In this document: positions 1 through 9,686 of the stretch, in pieces
Layout: each line of letters begins with the position of its first letter
Position numbering within the stretch: the stretch's first letter is position 1
Assembly (NCBI GenBank): GCA_030141605.1
Contig: JAQGDQ010002106.1
Location: 1 to 14,827 of the forward strand
DNA length: 14,827 nt
Direction: 5' to 3'
From: Tubiluchus corallicola
Taxonomy: Eukaryota; Animalia; Priapulida
Position numbers and translations under genes: made by a program
Notes under the pieces: model-generated
Database searches by the model: none
Seen by the model: only the letters and a program-made list of their open reading frames with translations
Told to the model about the DNA's origin: nothing

Positions 1-345
1 TATGATTTTTATTGAACTTAAAAATGGGGTAATATATGAAAAGATCGTCCTGTCTTTCTTTAAAAACTGGCTAAAAATTTATTACAACAAGAACAACAGC
101 GACATCGTGGAGAAACGGATCTTTTTAAACGAACATTGCAAGCGGGTGGCCCAAAAATAAAAACAATGCTAGCAATACTTTGGGGTTTTCATTTTCACAT
201 AAAGACAGTGTGTACGGGAGTGTATTAAAATGACGTGTTTTTCAATTGTAATGCTTTTTGTATAATCAGCTTTTGTAAGGCTAATCAAATTCTGTATAGG
301 TTGTTTTTTCAATTCATTTTACAGGTAATTATATATAAACTTCCT
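1..345. repeat. Left arm of a long inverted repeat (partner 1101-1460); may extend left of the window
   Basis: Direct reverse-complement match, e.g. CATTGCAAGCGGGTGGCCCAAAAATAAAAACAA versus TTGTTTTTATTTTTGGGCCACCCGCTTGCAATG. Hand alignment gives roughly 94% identity over 64-345 and lower identity over 1-63. Confidence 0.95.
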
Positions 346-1100
346 TCAAGGTGTCCTAAGCTATAGCCAACAGTAGCCTATAGGATGACCCCACCCTGGT
401 AATGAGGTCATATGGTTATCGGGTCACAAGATATGTAAATGGGTCAGTGGGGCAGCTGACAGAGCTGACAGAACAACGTTTCCCATTTCCAAACTTTCTC
501 CTTCTGTTAGTATGCATGTTTGGTACTGACTTGACCTGCCAATCTCCTCCCCGTGTGTTTATTTCAAAACCTCTCTCATCGAGGCGATATTTGACACGTT
601 TGCACCTTGGAGTTTAGTCTAGATAGGTGCGTTTTTGTTTTGTTTGCTAGAGGATTCGTTAGTCAATGCAGACAAGAAAAAAACGCTTCACGTCGGAAGT
701 ACATTTGCTATTTTTGGAAGCACATTGACTAAAATTCGGTACCTAGGCATTCATCGAGCAAAGGCCATCGAACTATCATTACCATCTACTAGTGTTTATA
801 CATAGTCAACAACATAGGCCTAGGCCTACTTAAAGCAAAACCGGACCCAATGTTAAACTGTGGGTAAAAACAATCTACTCTTTAAAATATTGAAAGGAAA
901 CGTACCATTTGTTCCTGGTATCGCTTCTGTACTCTGTGAGCTTTTTTATATTTTAATTTTAAGTGTTAACTAATGAAGTACTTGTGTTTTTGAACAAACT
1001 ATCTATATAACTATATTCTTGATAACCAGTTGTATGTATCTGTTCTCAACTAAAATGTATTTGTTGCACAGTGGAAAAACATGTTAATCCACTTAAGATA

Positions 1101-1460
1101 AAGAAAGTTTATATATAATTACCTGTAAAATGAATTGAAAAACAACCTATGCAGAATTTGATTAACCTTACAAAAGCTAACTACATAAAAAGCATTACAA
1201 TTGAAAAACACGACATTTTAATACACTCCTGTGCACACTGTCTTTATGTGAAAATGAAAATCCCAAAGTACTGCTAGAATTGTTTTTATTTTTGGGCCAC
1301 CCGCTTGCAATGTTCGTTTAAGAAGATCCGTTTCTCCACGATGCCGGATCTTATTGTTGTCGCTGTTGTTCTTGTTGTAATAAATTTTTAGCCAGTTTTT
1401 AAAGAAAGACAGGATGATTTTTCGTATGCTACCCCATTGTCATATTCGATAAAAAGTATA
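1101..1460. repeat. Right arm of the long inverted repeat (partner 1-345)
   Basis: Reverse complement of 1-345, with a 16-nt insertion CCGGATCTTATTGTTG at 1344-1359. Confidence 0.95.
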
Positions 1461-1710
1461 CGTTTTGACACAATTAATACTGCAAAAGCGCTTCTGATAA
1501 TTAAATAATTGATTAAAATCTTAATTAATGGCGGGCGAACCCAACTATTGATGACGTCACAAACGAACATAATTTTCAACAGCAAAGATATTCCACGAGC
1601 GTGTTGCACGTGTTTGCGAAAGAGAAAATTGAAGTACAGTGCTACTGTAAGATATTCAGTGTGTTGTACTAAAACTAGGCAAGTTTTAAGATAAAAATTC
1701 AAATTTCAAA
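1399..1710 (+). mobile_element. End of a Kolobok-like non-autonomous DNA transposon (TTAA|AGAAAGACAGGATG...)
   Basis: About 86% identical (hand count over the first 200 nt) to the reverse complement of 8870-9167. Homology with that copy stops exactly at TTAA. A TTAA target with AG/AGG termini is characteristic of Kolobok and T2-type MITEs. Confidence 0.6.
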
Positions 1711-2229
1711 TTTACCACTGTGCTCACGCATGAGCTGTCACAAACTAACACATCTGAACTGAGAGGTACAGCACCTGTTTTTGTGCAATGCGTTTCTGAA
1801 ATGCAGGCGCTAGTGCCCGTCTAACTAGCGAATGGCAAAATGCATGTAACAGCGAAGAACTAGTGGCGCGAACGTGAAATTGTGTTTGTGTGGTAATAAT
1901 TCTTAAACGTAAGTCATTTTTGAAAAAAAATAGTATGTTTCCTTTCAATGTTTTAAAGAGTAGATTGTTTTGACCCACAATTTAAGATTGTGTCCGGTTT
2001 TGCTTTAATAAGCAATGTCCGTAAACATTTTACGTTTTCAAATACAATGTACAGTCTACGAAGGCATGTGTACTGTGCATTTCTTGTAAGAGCTGTACTA
2101 CGTTTGCGTGCTTGTGTACTCGGCCACACTTCACTGTGTGTACACCGTAAGTTATGGATCAGAATTTACGTTCAACTAGGTTACTGTGACCCGTGACCTA
2201 TTCTAGCAGAACTGTCTGGAGAGAGAGTC

Positions 2230-2870
2230 GTAAATTTGCAATAAAACCATAGTACGTTTTAGAACTAGTGTCAACAAAGCTGTGTTGAAATATGTAGTAA
2301 TTTGATTTGCAATAAATAGCAAAATAGTCGCATGTGTTAAAGAGTATTTTTATTGACAAACAAAAGATAGTTATTCTAGTTTATTTTAAAAAAATTGCAA
2401 AAAGTTTACTTATAAGTTTACAAACTATGTAAAAGTCGCTAAGATATATAACGATGTATGAACTTCTTTCTATTTCATTTATTTTCTCTTTTTCTCTATC
2501 TCTGTCTATTACTTTATCTTAACTACTCCCTGTTTTTCTATAATTGTCTCTCTTGTAAATTAAGTCGTATTTTCACTTTTCATGGTGGTCTTACAAGCTT
2601 TGCTTCTTGACCACCATGCAGCATCTATTCTTGTTGACAAACTATTATGTAGTTTAGTAACTATGTTGGTACACTTCTGTTAAATTTTTGTAATTATATT
2701 TGGAATTTTTTTCCCTAACTATATCATGCTATAGTATACTAATGTAGTTCTGTTACAATTATTGTAACTATATTTCATTTTCTAGTTATAGGGCATAATA
2801 GTTAAAGATAATAATGCAGATTGTAATGTAAAAATACATGCTGAAGTAATAATAAATTACAAATTACAAA
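2230..2870 (+). mobile_element. Decayed 3' end of a CR1/L2-group LINE; 5' boundary approximate
   Basis: Perfect 10-bp stem CATGGTGGTC...GACCACCATG (2581-2618) enclosing ACAAGCTTTGCTTC, followed by AATAAA (2851) and a short tandem tail ATTACAAATTACAAA. Upstream broken peptides RFRTSVNKAVLKY and FKKIAKSLL weakly recall an ORF2 C-terminus. Confidence 0.5.
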
Positions 2871-3719
2871 CGAGCAAAAAAGACGAGAGTGGGCGAATTA
2901 CAAACACGATAGGATACGTTGAACAGTATGACCATTTGCACTTTAGCATACTTAGCTTAGCTTAAACGTATTTCTATTGGAAAACAAGTGCTACAAAACG
3001 GCTTGAACAGAACAGACAGTTTTTAACAACTGACAAATATTCTCACTAATGGAACGTAACACTTAGTAGAGTGTAAACAATAGATAAACAATAGAAGCAT
3101 TACAGTATGACTACTAGCAGTATAGATACATACATAGTATAATGTTGAGAATGACATTAATATAACTATGTAAACAAAATGAACTAATACAACGGTTAGA
3201 AGCGCTGAGTAAGAAATACAAATTTCTAATTAAACTCCTGTCAAGCTTATATGCATACTGTTTTATACAGCGTTACTGCCGACGCAAGCCCTATGTGCAA
3301 AAAGACAGTAATATGTAAGTGGTAAACAATTTCAAGCCGAATTTTTTTAATCTTTATATAAGTGGAAGGCTTTCTTGCATCTTAAGTCATAATTTACAGA
3401 ATTTAGCACTACATATGAATACAAAATCAACTCAAGGGAGTAGCAAAATAGACTTCAAGTGGTTCATTTACAGAACACGTGCATTACGTGAACACTAACA
3501 TCAAACTATGCTTTCCTACACAGCAGTTATCCTAAATTTCCTGCCTTATCTTGCACACCTATCAGGCACAAAAATATTTTTAGTGTTTTTATAAGCAGTA
3601 GTCCGTATTCAGCCTATTTCATTTGGAAGCCTCATTCGTTATGTTAGTACTGAGCCTATTTTACGTTTGATTTTGTATACTTGTTTTTGATAGCTATGTG
3701 TTGTATGTAAATTGTGTAT

Positions 3720-4100
3720 AATATAAACTTTTCTCAGTAAATGAAAACCAATGTAAAATAATAAGGTATACAATAATGTAACACAACGTTAGTTAAAAAT
3801 ATTAAAATACTATTTCTATAATATAATTACAAGTTTAATCATAACTGATTGATGTCAAATGTTCGTGGTAAGTTTATTTTGATACATTTTAAACATAAAT
3901 CAATTTATTAAATATATCATATCCTAAGAATACATTATACACCAATTTATTGTAATATTGTTTTTATAGCTATGTCTTGTACGTAAATTGTTATTTATTT
4001 GTTCTTTGTTGTATCAAAACAACAAAATTCCCTTTTACTTTGGTAAATACCAGCCAGCACAACACAATAAACAACAACTAAACCAGAAAAAACATTTCAA
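3720..4100 (+). repeat. Direct duplication, copy 1 (partner 5119-5603)
   Basis: Near-identical blocks such as ATATAAACTTTTCTCAGTAAA and TGGTAAATACCAGCCAGCACAACACAATAAACAAC occur in both copies. Confidence 0.95.
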
Positions 4101-4472
4101 TGCAAAACGGCTGAATAAACAAAAGAAAATATTTTCATTTCAACACCTCCCAGTTTCTTGAAAAAATATTTTACTACTGTCGAGTGAAACCGTTGAAACG
4201 TTTGCTTCTGAAAGAGGACAGACGTGCCTATTTATGACCAAATTACTCTTACGCTAATTTAATTAATTTGGGTTAATTACTGTGGCAGCGGAGTAAAGTA
4301 ATTAAGCAAATTGCCTCGGTTAATATATTCTTTAAGAACTGGGAATTTGTGATGTAGCAAAAGTAGTGTATATGATCTATATAAACTGAAGTTTCAGATT
4401 CGTTTACATATTGCATGTTTGTACTTATACAATAATGTTTTCATAATTTGCATACTGTTAACTTACCTATAC

Positions 4473-4826
4473 TGTATGTATGTATGTATGTATGTATGTA
4501 TGTATGTATGTATGTATGTATGTATGTATGTATGTATGTATGTATGTATGTATGTATGTATGTATGTATGTATGTATGTATGTATGTATGTATGTATGTA
4601 TGTATGTATGTATGTATGTATGTATGTATGTATGTATGTATGTATGTATGTATGTATGTATGTATGTATGTATGTATGTATGTATGTATGTATGTATGTA
4701 CGTACGTATGTATGTACGTATGTACGTATGTACGTATGTACGTATGCACGTATGCACGTATGCACGTATGCACGTATGCACGTATGCATGTCTGCATGTA
4801 TGCATGTATGTATATATGCATGTGTA
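4473..4826. repeat. (TATG)n microsatellite, pure to 4700 and then degenerate
   Basis: About 57 perfect TGTA units, followed by TATGTACG and TATGCACG variants. Confidence 0.99.
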
Positions 4827-5118
4827 AATTCAATAAACAATAGAACAATCTGTGCAAAAATAGCAAAATACAACAAACACAGCAAATACAACATTCGATG
4901 CGTAAATTTGTATTCATAGGTAAGTCTAAAAATCAGAATTTACACAAAATATTATTACTTACACATAAAATAAAACTAAGAATGGGTCATAATCGTTCGA
5001 CAAATTATATACACAGGCGTCCTTATACAGCATTTTATGTATTTATATAATGCTTATGTATATATATTTTTGTTTATCATAAAACAAAATTTTACTCGAT
5101 AAAAAATAAATTAAACAA

Positions 5119-5603
5119 AATATAAACTTTTCTCAGTAAAATGAAAACCTATGTAAAATAATAAGGTATGCAATAATGTAACACAACGTTAGTTAAAAAT
5201 ATTAAAATAATATTTCTATAATATAATTACAAGTTTAATCACAATTGATCGATGTCAAATGTTCGTGGTAAGTTTATTTTGATACTTTTCAAACACAAAT
5301 CAATTTATTAAATATATCATATCCTAAGAATACATTATACACAACCAATTTGGTGTAGCTCTAGATATTGTAAGTATACTTGTTTTTGATAGCTATGTCT
5401 TGTACGTAAATTGTGCATAGCTATAACTTGTCTAGTTGTTGTGGTAATTTTTGTTTTTATTTGTTCTTTTTGTTGTAATCAAAACAACAAAATTCCCTTC
5501 AGGGTACTAATAATCTTAATCTTGATCTTACTTCACACAAACTGGTAAATACCAGCCAGCACAACACAATAAACAACACCAAAACCAGGAAAAAACATTT
5601 CAA
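5119..5603 (+). repeat. Direct duplication, copy 2, with several extra segments
   Basis: Collinear with 3720-4100 but about 100 nt longer. 5375-5418 also matches 3675-3718. Confidence 0.95.
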
Positions 5604-5897
5604 AGTATTGCATAGGATGAGACCCTTAATACTTTGCAAACTTTTCTGCACAATAGCATGTTTAAGTTTAAAACTAGCCCAATAATTTTACCTGATGCAC
5701 TAACAGGCATATATATGTTTCACCTGGTCAAATTCGAAAAGTATAAATGGTAATTAATCACAAATCAAAATTTAATAAGCCACAAAATTTTTACGATCAA
5801 TTGGGCTGCATTTCCAGTTTTAATTTTCAGTGATACTTAATGTCAGAGATACTTGATGGTTATTGTTATAACAAAACACATTAAATTTGTGTAATTA

Positions 5898-5901
<4 letters not shown>

Positions 5902-5929
<28 letters not shown>
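5902..5929. repeat. (TA)n microsatellite
   Basis: About 14 TA units. Confidence 0.95.
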
Positions 5930-6022
5930 AGCACGAAGATACAATATTCTATGTTATTACCAGAATTATATAATACAACTTGCTGTCATTAAGTTTCTGC
6001 CTTTCAGTTAAATAAATTAATT

Positions 6023-6041
6023 AAAACAGAGAGAAAGGGGG

Positions 6042-6079
<38 letters not shown>

Positions 6080-6421
6080 AGAAAAGAGAAAAAGAAAAGG
6101 GAGAAGAGGGAGAGGAAGAGAGGGAAAGAGAGAGCGAGAGAGACAAAGAGGGAGAGAGAGAAAGCAACAGAGAAAAGGAAAGACAGACAGAGAGAGAGGA
6201 AGACGGAGAGAGAGGGGGGAGAAAGAAAGAGAGAGCGAGAGAGAGAAAAAAAGAAAGAAAAAGAGAAAAACAGAAGGGAGAAGAGGGAGAGAAAGGGAGA
6301 GAAAGACAGAGAGCAACAGAAAAAAGGAAAGAGGGACAGAGAAAGGGGGAGGAAAAGGGAAAGAGAAGGGGAAGAGGGGGAAAAAGAAAGAGGGAAAGAG
6401 AGAGTGAGAGAGAGAGTGAAA
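6023..6421. repeat. GA-rich polypurine tract
   Basis: About 400 nt that are almost exclusively A/G on the plus strand. Confidence 0.98.
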
Positions 6422-6482
6422 CACTGGGTCTCGAACCTAAATCTTCTCCAAGCAACAGAAACGCTTCACCAAATAACATGAT
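6419..6482 (-). mobile_element. Possible tRNA-derived SINE head followed by a CT-rich tail
   Basis: The minus strand has GGTTCGAGACC (6427-6437), an exact match to the Pol III B box GGTTCGANNCC. A poor A-box-like TGTTATTTGGTGAAGCG lies about 40 nt upstream. Confidence 0.3.
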
Positions 6483-6580
6483 TCTGAAGAGTTAAGCATG
6501 CTCGAAGGACCCTATAGGACTTATCCGTGAAAAGCTGTTCTACTCTGTATAAAACTTACATGAAGAAAATCATCACTTAC

Positions 6581-6900
6581 CCGTCTCCACCACGCAACGT
6601 CAATTCTCTAAACTTCTACCTCTCCGCATCAGAAGAGAAACTTGCGCACGATGTGAGGAAGACGCTGCAATATTTAGCACTGGCTGCTCCGTCAAGGTGA
6701 TCCACAGACGTAACGAATTCGTAAAATACGCTTGGCGCTAGCAGGCGGGCAAAAACAGGTAAACCACAATGCAATTTTGTCTTTCGTGCATAAACACGAT
6801 ATGCGCCAGAGACATAACACACGCCTGAACCCAAAAAAGACCTGCGCCTGCCTTAGCTACAAACCTACAGCAGGAACGTAACTCTTTACCACCAACCACT
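6581..6900 (-). other. Probable non-coding (5' UTR) first exon; upstream boundary approximate
   Basis: Consensus donor CGG|GTAAGT (plus strand ACTTAC 6575-6580) at the edge of the CpG-rich block. All three minus frames have a stop within about 40 nt upstream of the donor. It lies just downstream of the promoter motifs on the minus strand. Confidence 0.45.
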
Positions 6901-6999
6901 TCGCTTCTCCAACCACCAGCAGCAAATAACCTGCACAGTCATGCGATGTGCCTGTTAAGTCGTCTTAGATAAAAACAGCTAGACAGGTGAAATTATATT

Positions 7000-7460
7000 G
7001 CGCTTAAGCTGCCGGCTGAAAGGTGAAATTCGGCAATTACGGCTGTTTACGCGAATCGCCGAGAGGGGTCGCTGGTGGAACAATGGTGGAGTAGGATACG
7101 ACATGACGTTAATGATTATCAGATAATAACCCGAATAGCCAGCACACCTATTCACTATTGAGCAAATTCAATGGCATATCATTGGCTTTGTGACTGCATT
7201 GTACGATTTATAAAGACCCCGCCCAGCTGTCGATTTGTTACTGATAGCAAAGAGTTAAACGTAGTTTGCACACAGAGATTTCTCTTTCCGGCCATCACTG
7301 ATCGATCAGGAGGGATGAAAAGGGGATAAAAAGAGGAGAAAACTCGCTGGGAAATGCGGCCATTGTTTGCGAGATTTCGCACTGAAAACCACCACGCACG
7401 TGATCATATTTGAGATTGCAGTGCGCATGCGCAAGTCACGTGGTTTCCAGGGAAATTTCC
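7000..7460. promoter_or_regulatory. CpG-rich promoter-like region
   Basis: Perfect NRF1-type palindrome TGCGCATGCGCA at 7422-7433, flanked by CACGTG E-boxes at 7397-7402 and 7437-7442. GGGAAATTTCC (NF-kB-like) at 7450-7460, GC box CCCCGCCC at 7217-7224, and CCAAT on the minus strand (ATTGG 7181-7185). GC and CpG are visibly higher than in the flanks. Confidence 0.7.
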
Positions 7461-7661
7461 AGCGTCAATCCAGCAATAATGACAATATTTGTTCTCTGGC
7501 CACAAAGCTGATTTTAGTCATTTCACTACTGTGAGACCAGAGCTACAAATAACTGAGACTTATTAATAAAAGAAAGTTTATCTATGTACCCTAATAAGCC
7601 TCCTCTTAATGTACAAAGCAGTTCAATTCCTTTAACTTTATTTTCAAACACTTAGCTATTT

Positions 7662-8738
7662 GTTACTGTATCAATTTCTTTACTGGTCTGCTTAATCATT
7701 ACCTATTTGGCTTTTGTAAATACATAATTAGTGCTTAAGTTACTGTATCAATTTCTTTACTGGTCTGCTTATTCATTACCTATTTGGCTTTTGTAAATAC
7801 ATAATTAGTGCTTAAGTTACTGTATCAATTTCTTTACTGGTCTGTTTATTCATTACCTATTTGGCTTTTGTAAATACATAATTAGTGCTTAAGTTGCTGT
7901 ATCAATTTCTTTACTGGTCTGTTTATTCATTACCTATTTGGCTTTTGTAAATACATAATTAGTGCTTAAGTTACTGTATCAATTTCTTTACTGGTCTGTT
8001 TATTCATTACCTATTTGGTTTTTGTAAATACATAATTAATGCTTAAGTTACTGTATCAATTTCTTTACTGGTCTGTTTAATCATTACCTATTTGGCTTTT
8101 GTAAATACATAATTAGTGTTTAAGTTACTGTATCAATTTCTTTACTGGTCTGCTTAATCATTACCTATTTGGCTTTTGTAAATACATAATTAGTGCTTAA
8201 GTTGCTGTATCAATTTCTTTACTGGTCTGCTTAATCATTACCTATTTGGCTTTTGTAAATACATAATTAGTGCTTAAGTTACTGTATCAATTTCTTTACT
8301 GGTCTGCTTAATCATTACCTATTTGGCTTTTGTAAATACATAATTAGTGCTTAAGTTGCTGTATCAATTTCTTTACTGGTCTGTTTATTCATTACCTATT
8401 TGGCTTTTGTAAATACATAATTAGTGTTTAAGTTACTGTATCAATTTCTTTACTGGTCTGCTTAATCATTACCTATTGGCTTTTGTAAATACATAATTAG
8501 TGCTTAAGTTGCTGTATCAATTTCTTTACTGGTCTGCTTAATCATTACCTATTTGGCTTTTGTAAATACATAATTAGTGCTTAAGTTACTGTATCAATTT
8601 CTTTACTGGTCTGCTTAATCATTACCTATTTGGCTTTTGTAAATACATAATTAGTGCTTAAGTTACTGTATCAATTTCTTTACTGGTCTGCTTAATCATT
8701 ACCTATTTGTCTTTTGTAAATACATAATTAGTGCTAAA
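7662..8738. repeat. 77-bp minisatellite, 14 copies
   Basis: Unit GTTACTGTATCAATTTCTTTACTGGTCTGCTTAATCATTACCTATTTGGCTTTTGTAAATACATAATTAGTGCTTAA, starting at 7662, 7739, 7816 and so on. There are few variant sites, one 1-bp deletion in copy 11, and no spacers. Confidence 0.99.
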
Positions 8739-8869
8739 GCCAGCCACAATAATGGGTGATTTTATAGTAGAATATTTAAAAGACAACATGATTTATTGAT
8801 GTAGTAACCTCTGGCGTTTTACCTGTTGTTTCGTATTTTTAATTTCCGTATGTATTTTTATTATATTTT

Positions 8870-9167
8870 TTGTAAATTTGAATTTTTACCTTAAAACTTG
8901 GCTAGTTTCAGTACAATGTACTGACTATCTTCCAGTAGCACTACATTTTTCTCTTTGTGCAACACACGTGTGGAATATTTTTGCTGTCGAAAATTATGTT
9001 AGTTTGTGACGTCATCAATAGTTGGGCTCGCCTGCGATTAATCAGGATTTTAATCTATCATTTAATTATCAGAAACGCTTTTGCTGTATAAAACGTGTTA
9101 AAATATATACTTTTTATCGGACATGAAAATGGGGTAGTAAATGAAAAATCATCCTGTCTTCCTTTAA
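8870..9167 (-). mobile_element. End of the same Kolobok-like element in inverted orientation (...CATCCTGTCTTCCT|TTAA)
   Basis: Inverted copy of 1399-1710. The terminus reads TTAA-AGGAAGACAGG on the minus strand. Positions 1-63 are a third copy of the same terminus. Confidence 0.65.
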
Positions 9168-9246
9168 TTGATAAGCGAATGTAATGAGGACGTCATTAAC
9201 TCAGTGACAGCTTTGTGAAAATCGGCCACAGGTGTAATTACTTTAC

Positions 9247-9347
9247 CAGTGGCATTTTTGCAACAAAGAAAAATGTCGTCAGTTCGTCACCATGTTTCAC
9301 TCGCTTCAGAAGTTCATTTTGGTTGCTGGGAGTGCCAATGGAAAGCC
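9247..9347 (-). CDS. Probable next coding exon, 101 nt, phase 1 to 0; (R)LSIGTPSNQNELLKRVKHGDELTTFFFVAKMPL
   Basis: Acceptor ttttccgggattttAG|GG and donor CTG|GTAAAG. Only the phase-1 frame is open, which is the phase required after exon 12938-13117. It is an island of unique sequence between repeats. Confidence 0.55.
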
Positions 9348-9357
9348 CTAAAATCCC

Positions 9358-9435
9358 GGAAAATATGATCCCAATAGTCAAACCAGGAAAATATGATCCC
9401 AATAGTCAAACCAGTAAAATATGATCCCAATAGTC
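9358..9435. repeat. 28-bp tandem repeat, about 2.7 copies
   Basis: GAAAATATGATCCCAATAGTCAAACCAG at 9359 and 9387, with a partial copy at 9415. Confidence 0.95.
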
Positions 9436-9485
9436 TTAATACCCACTGCAAAAGGGATAAACGCATAAGGCAATATATATTTTAG

Positions 9486-9580
9486 CTCACACACACACAC
9501 ACATACACACACACACACACACACCACACACACACACACACACACTCACACACACACACACTCACTCTCACACACACACA

Positions 9581-9621
<41 letters not shown>

Positions 9622-9651
9622 ACACACACACCACACACACACACACACTCA

Positions 9652-9686
<35 letters not shown>

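Noticed and set aside
1388-1702. 104-aa minus-strand and 61-aa plus-strand ORFs
   Set aside because: They lie within the transposon end, have non-ATG starts, and the homologous copy at 8870-9167 differs by indels.
3271-3314. Possible plus-strand micro-exon (TTTTATACAG|...|GTAAGT) and several other plus-strand GTAAGT sites between 1900 and 5400
   Set aside because: I could not assemble a consistent exon chain. Such sites arise by chance in AT-rich DNA, and one pair is due to the duplication.
4419-4919. Six overlapping ORFs of 112-166 aa (MYVC / HTYI repeats)
   Set aside because: They are translations of the stop-free (TATG)n microsatellite.
6017-6479. Ser/Leu/Phe-rich ORFs
   Set aside because: They are translations of the GA/CT tract.
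6419-6482. Possible tRNA gene
   Set aside because: A B box is present but there is no cloverleaf or acceptor-stem pairing. It is kept only as a low-confidence SINE head.
6616-6834. 72-aa minus-strand ORF MGSGVCYV...
   Set aside because: It has a non-ATG start, no recognisable domain, and stops before the splice donor. It is better explained as 5' UTR.
7562-7590. AAAGAAAGTTTAT shared with the inner end of the inverted-repeat arm at about 1100
   Set aside because: It is a short AT-rich match that does not extend.
7662-8738. CRISPR-like appearance of the 77-bp array (also the 17-bp array at 10658-10876 and the 28-bp array at 9358-9435)
   Set aside because: Units are contiguous with no unique spacers, there are no cas genes, and the context is eukaryotic.
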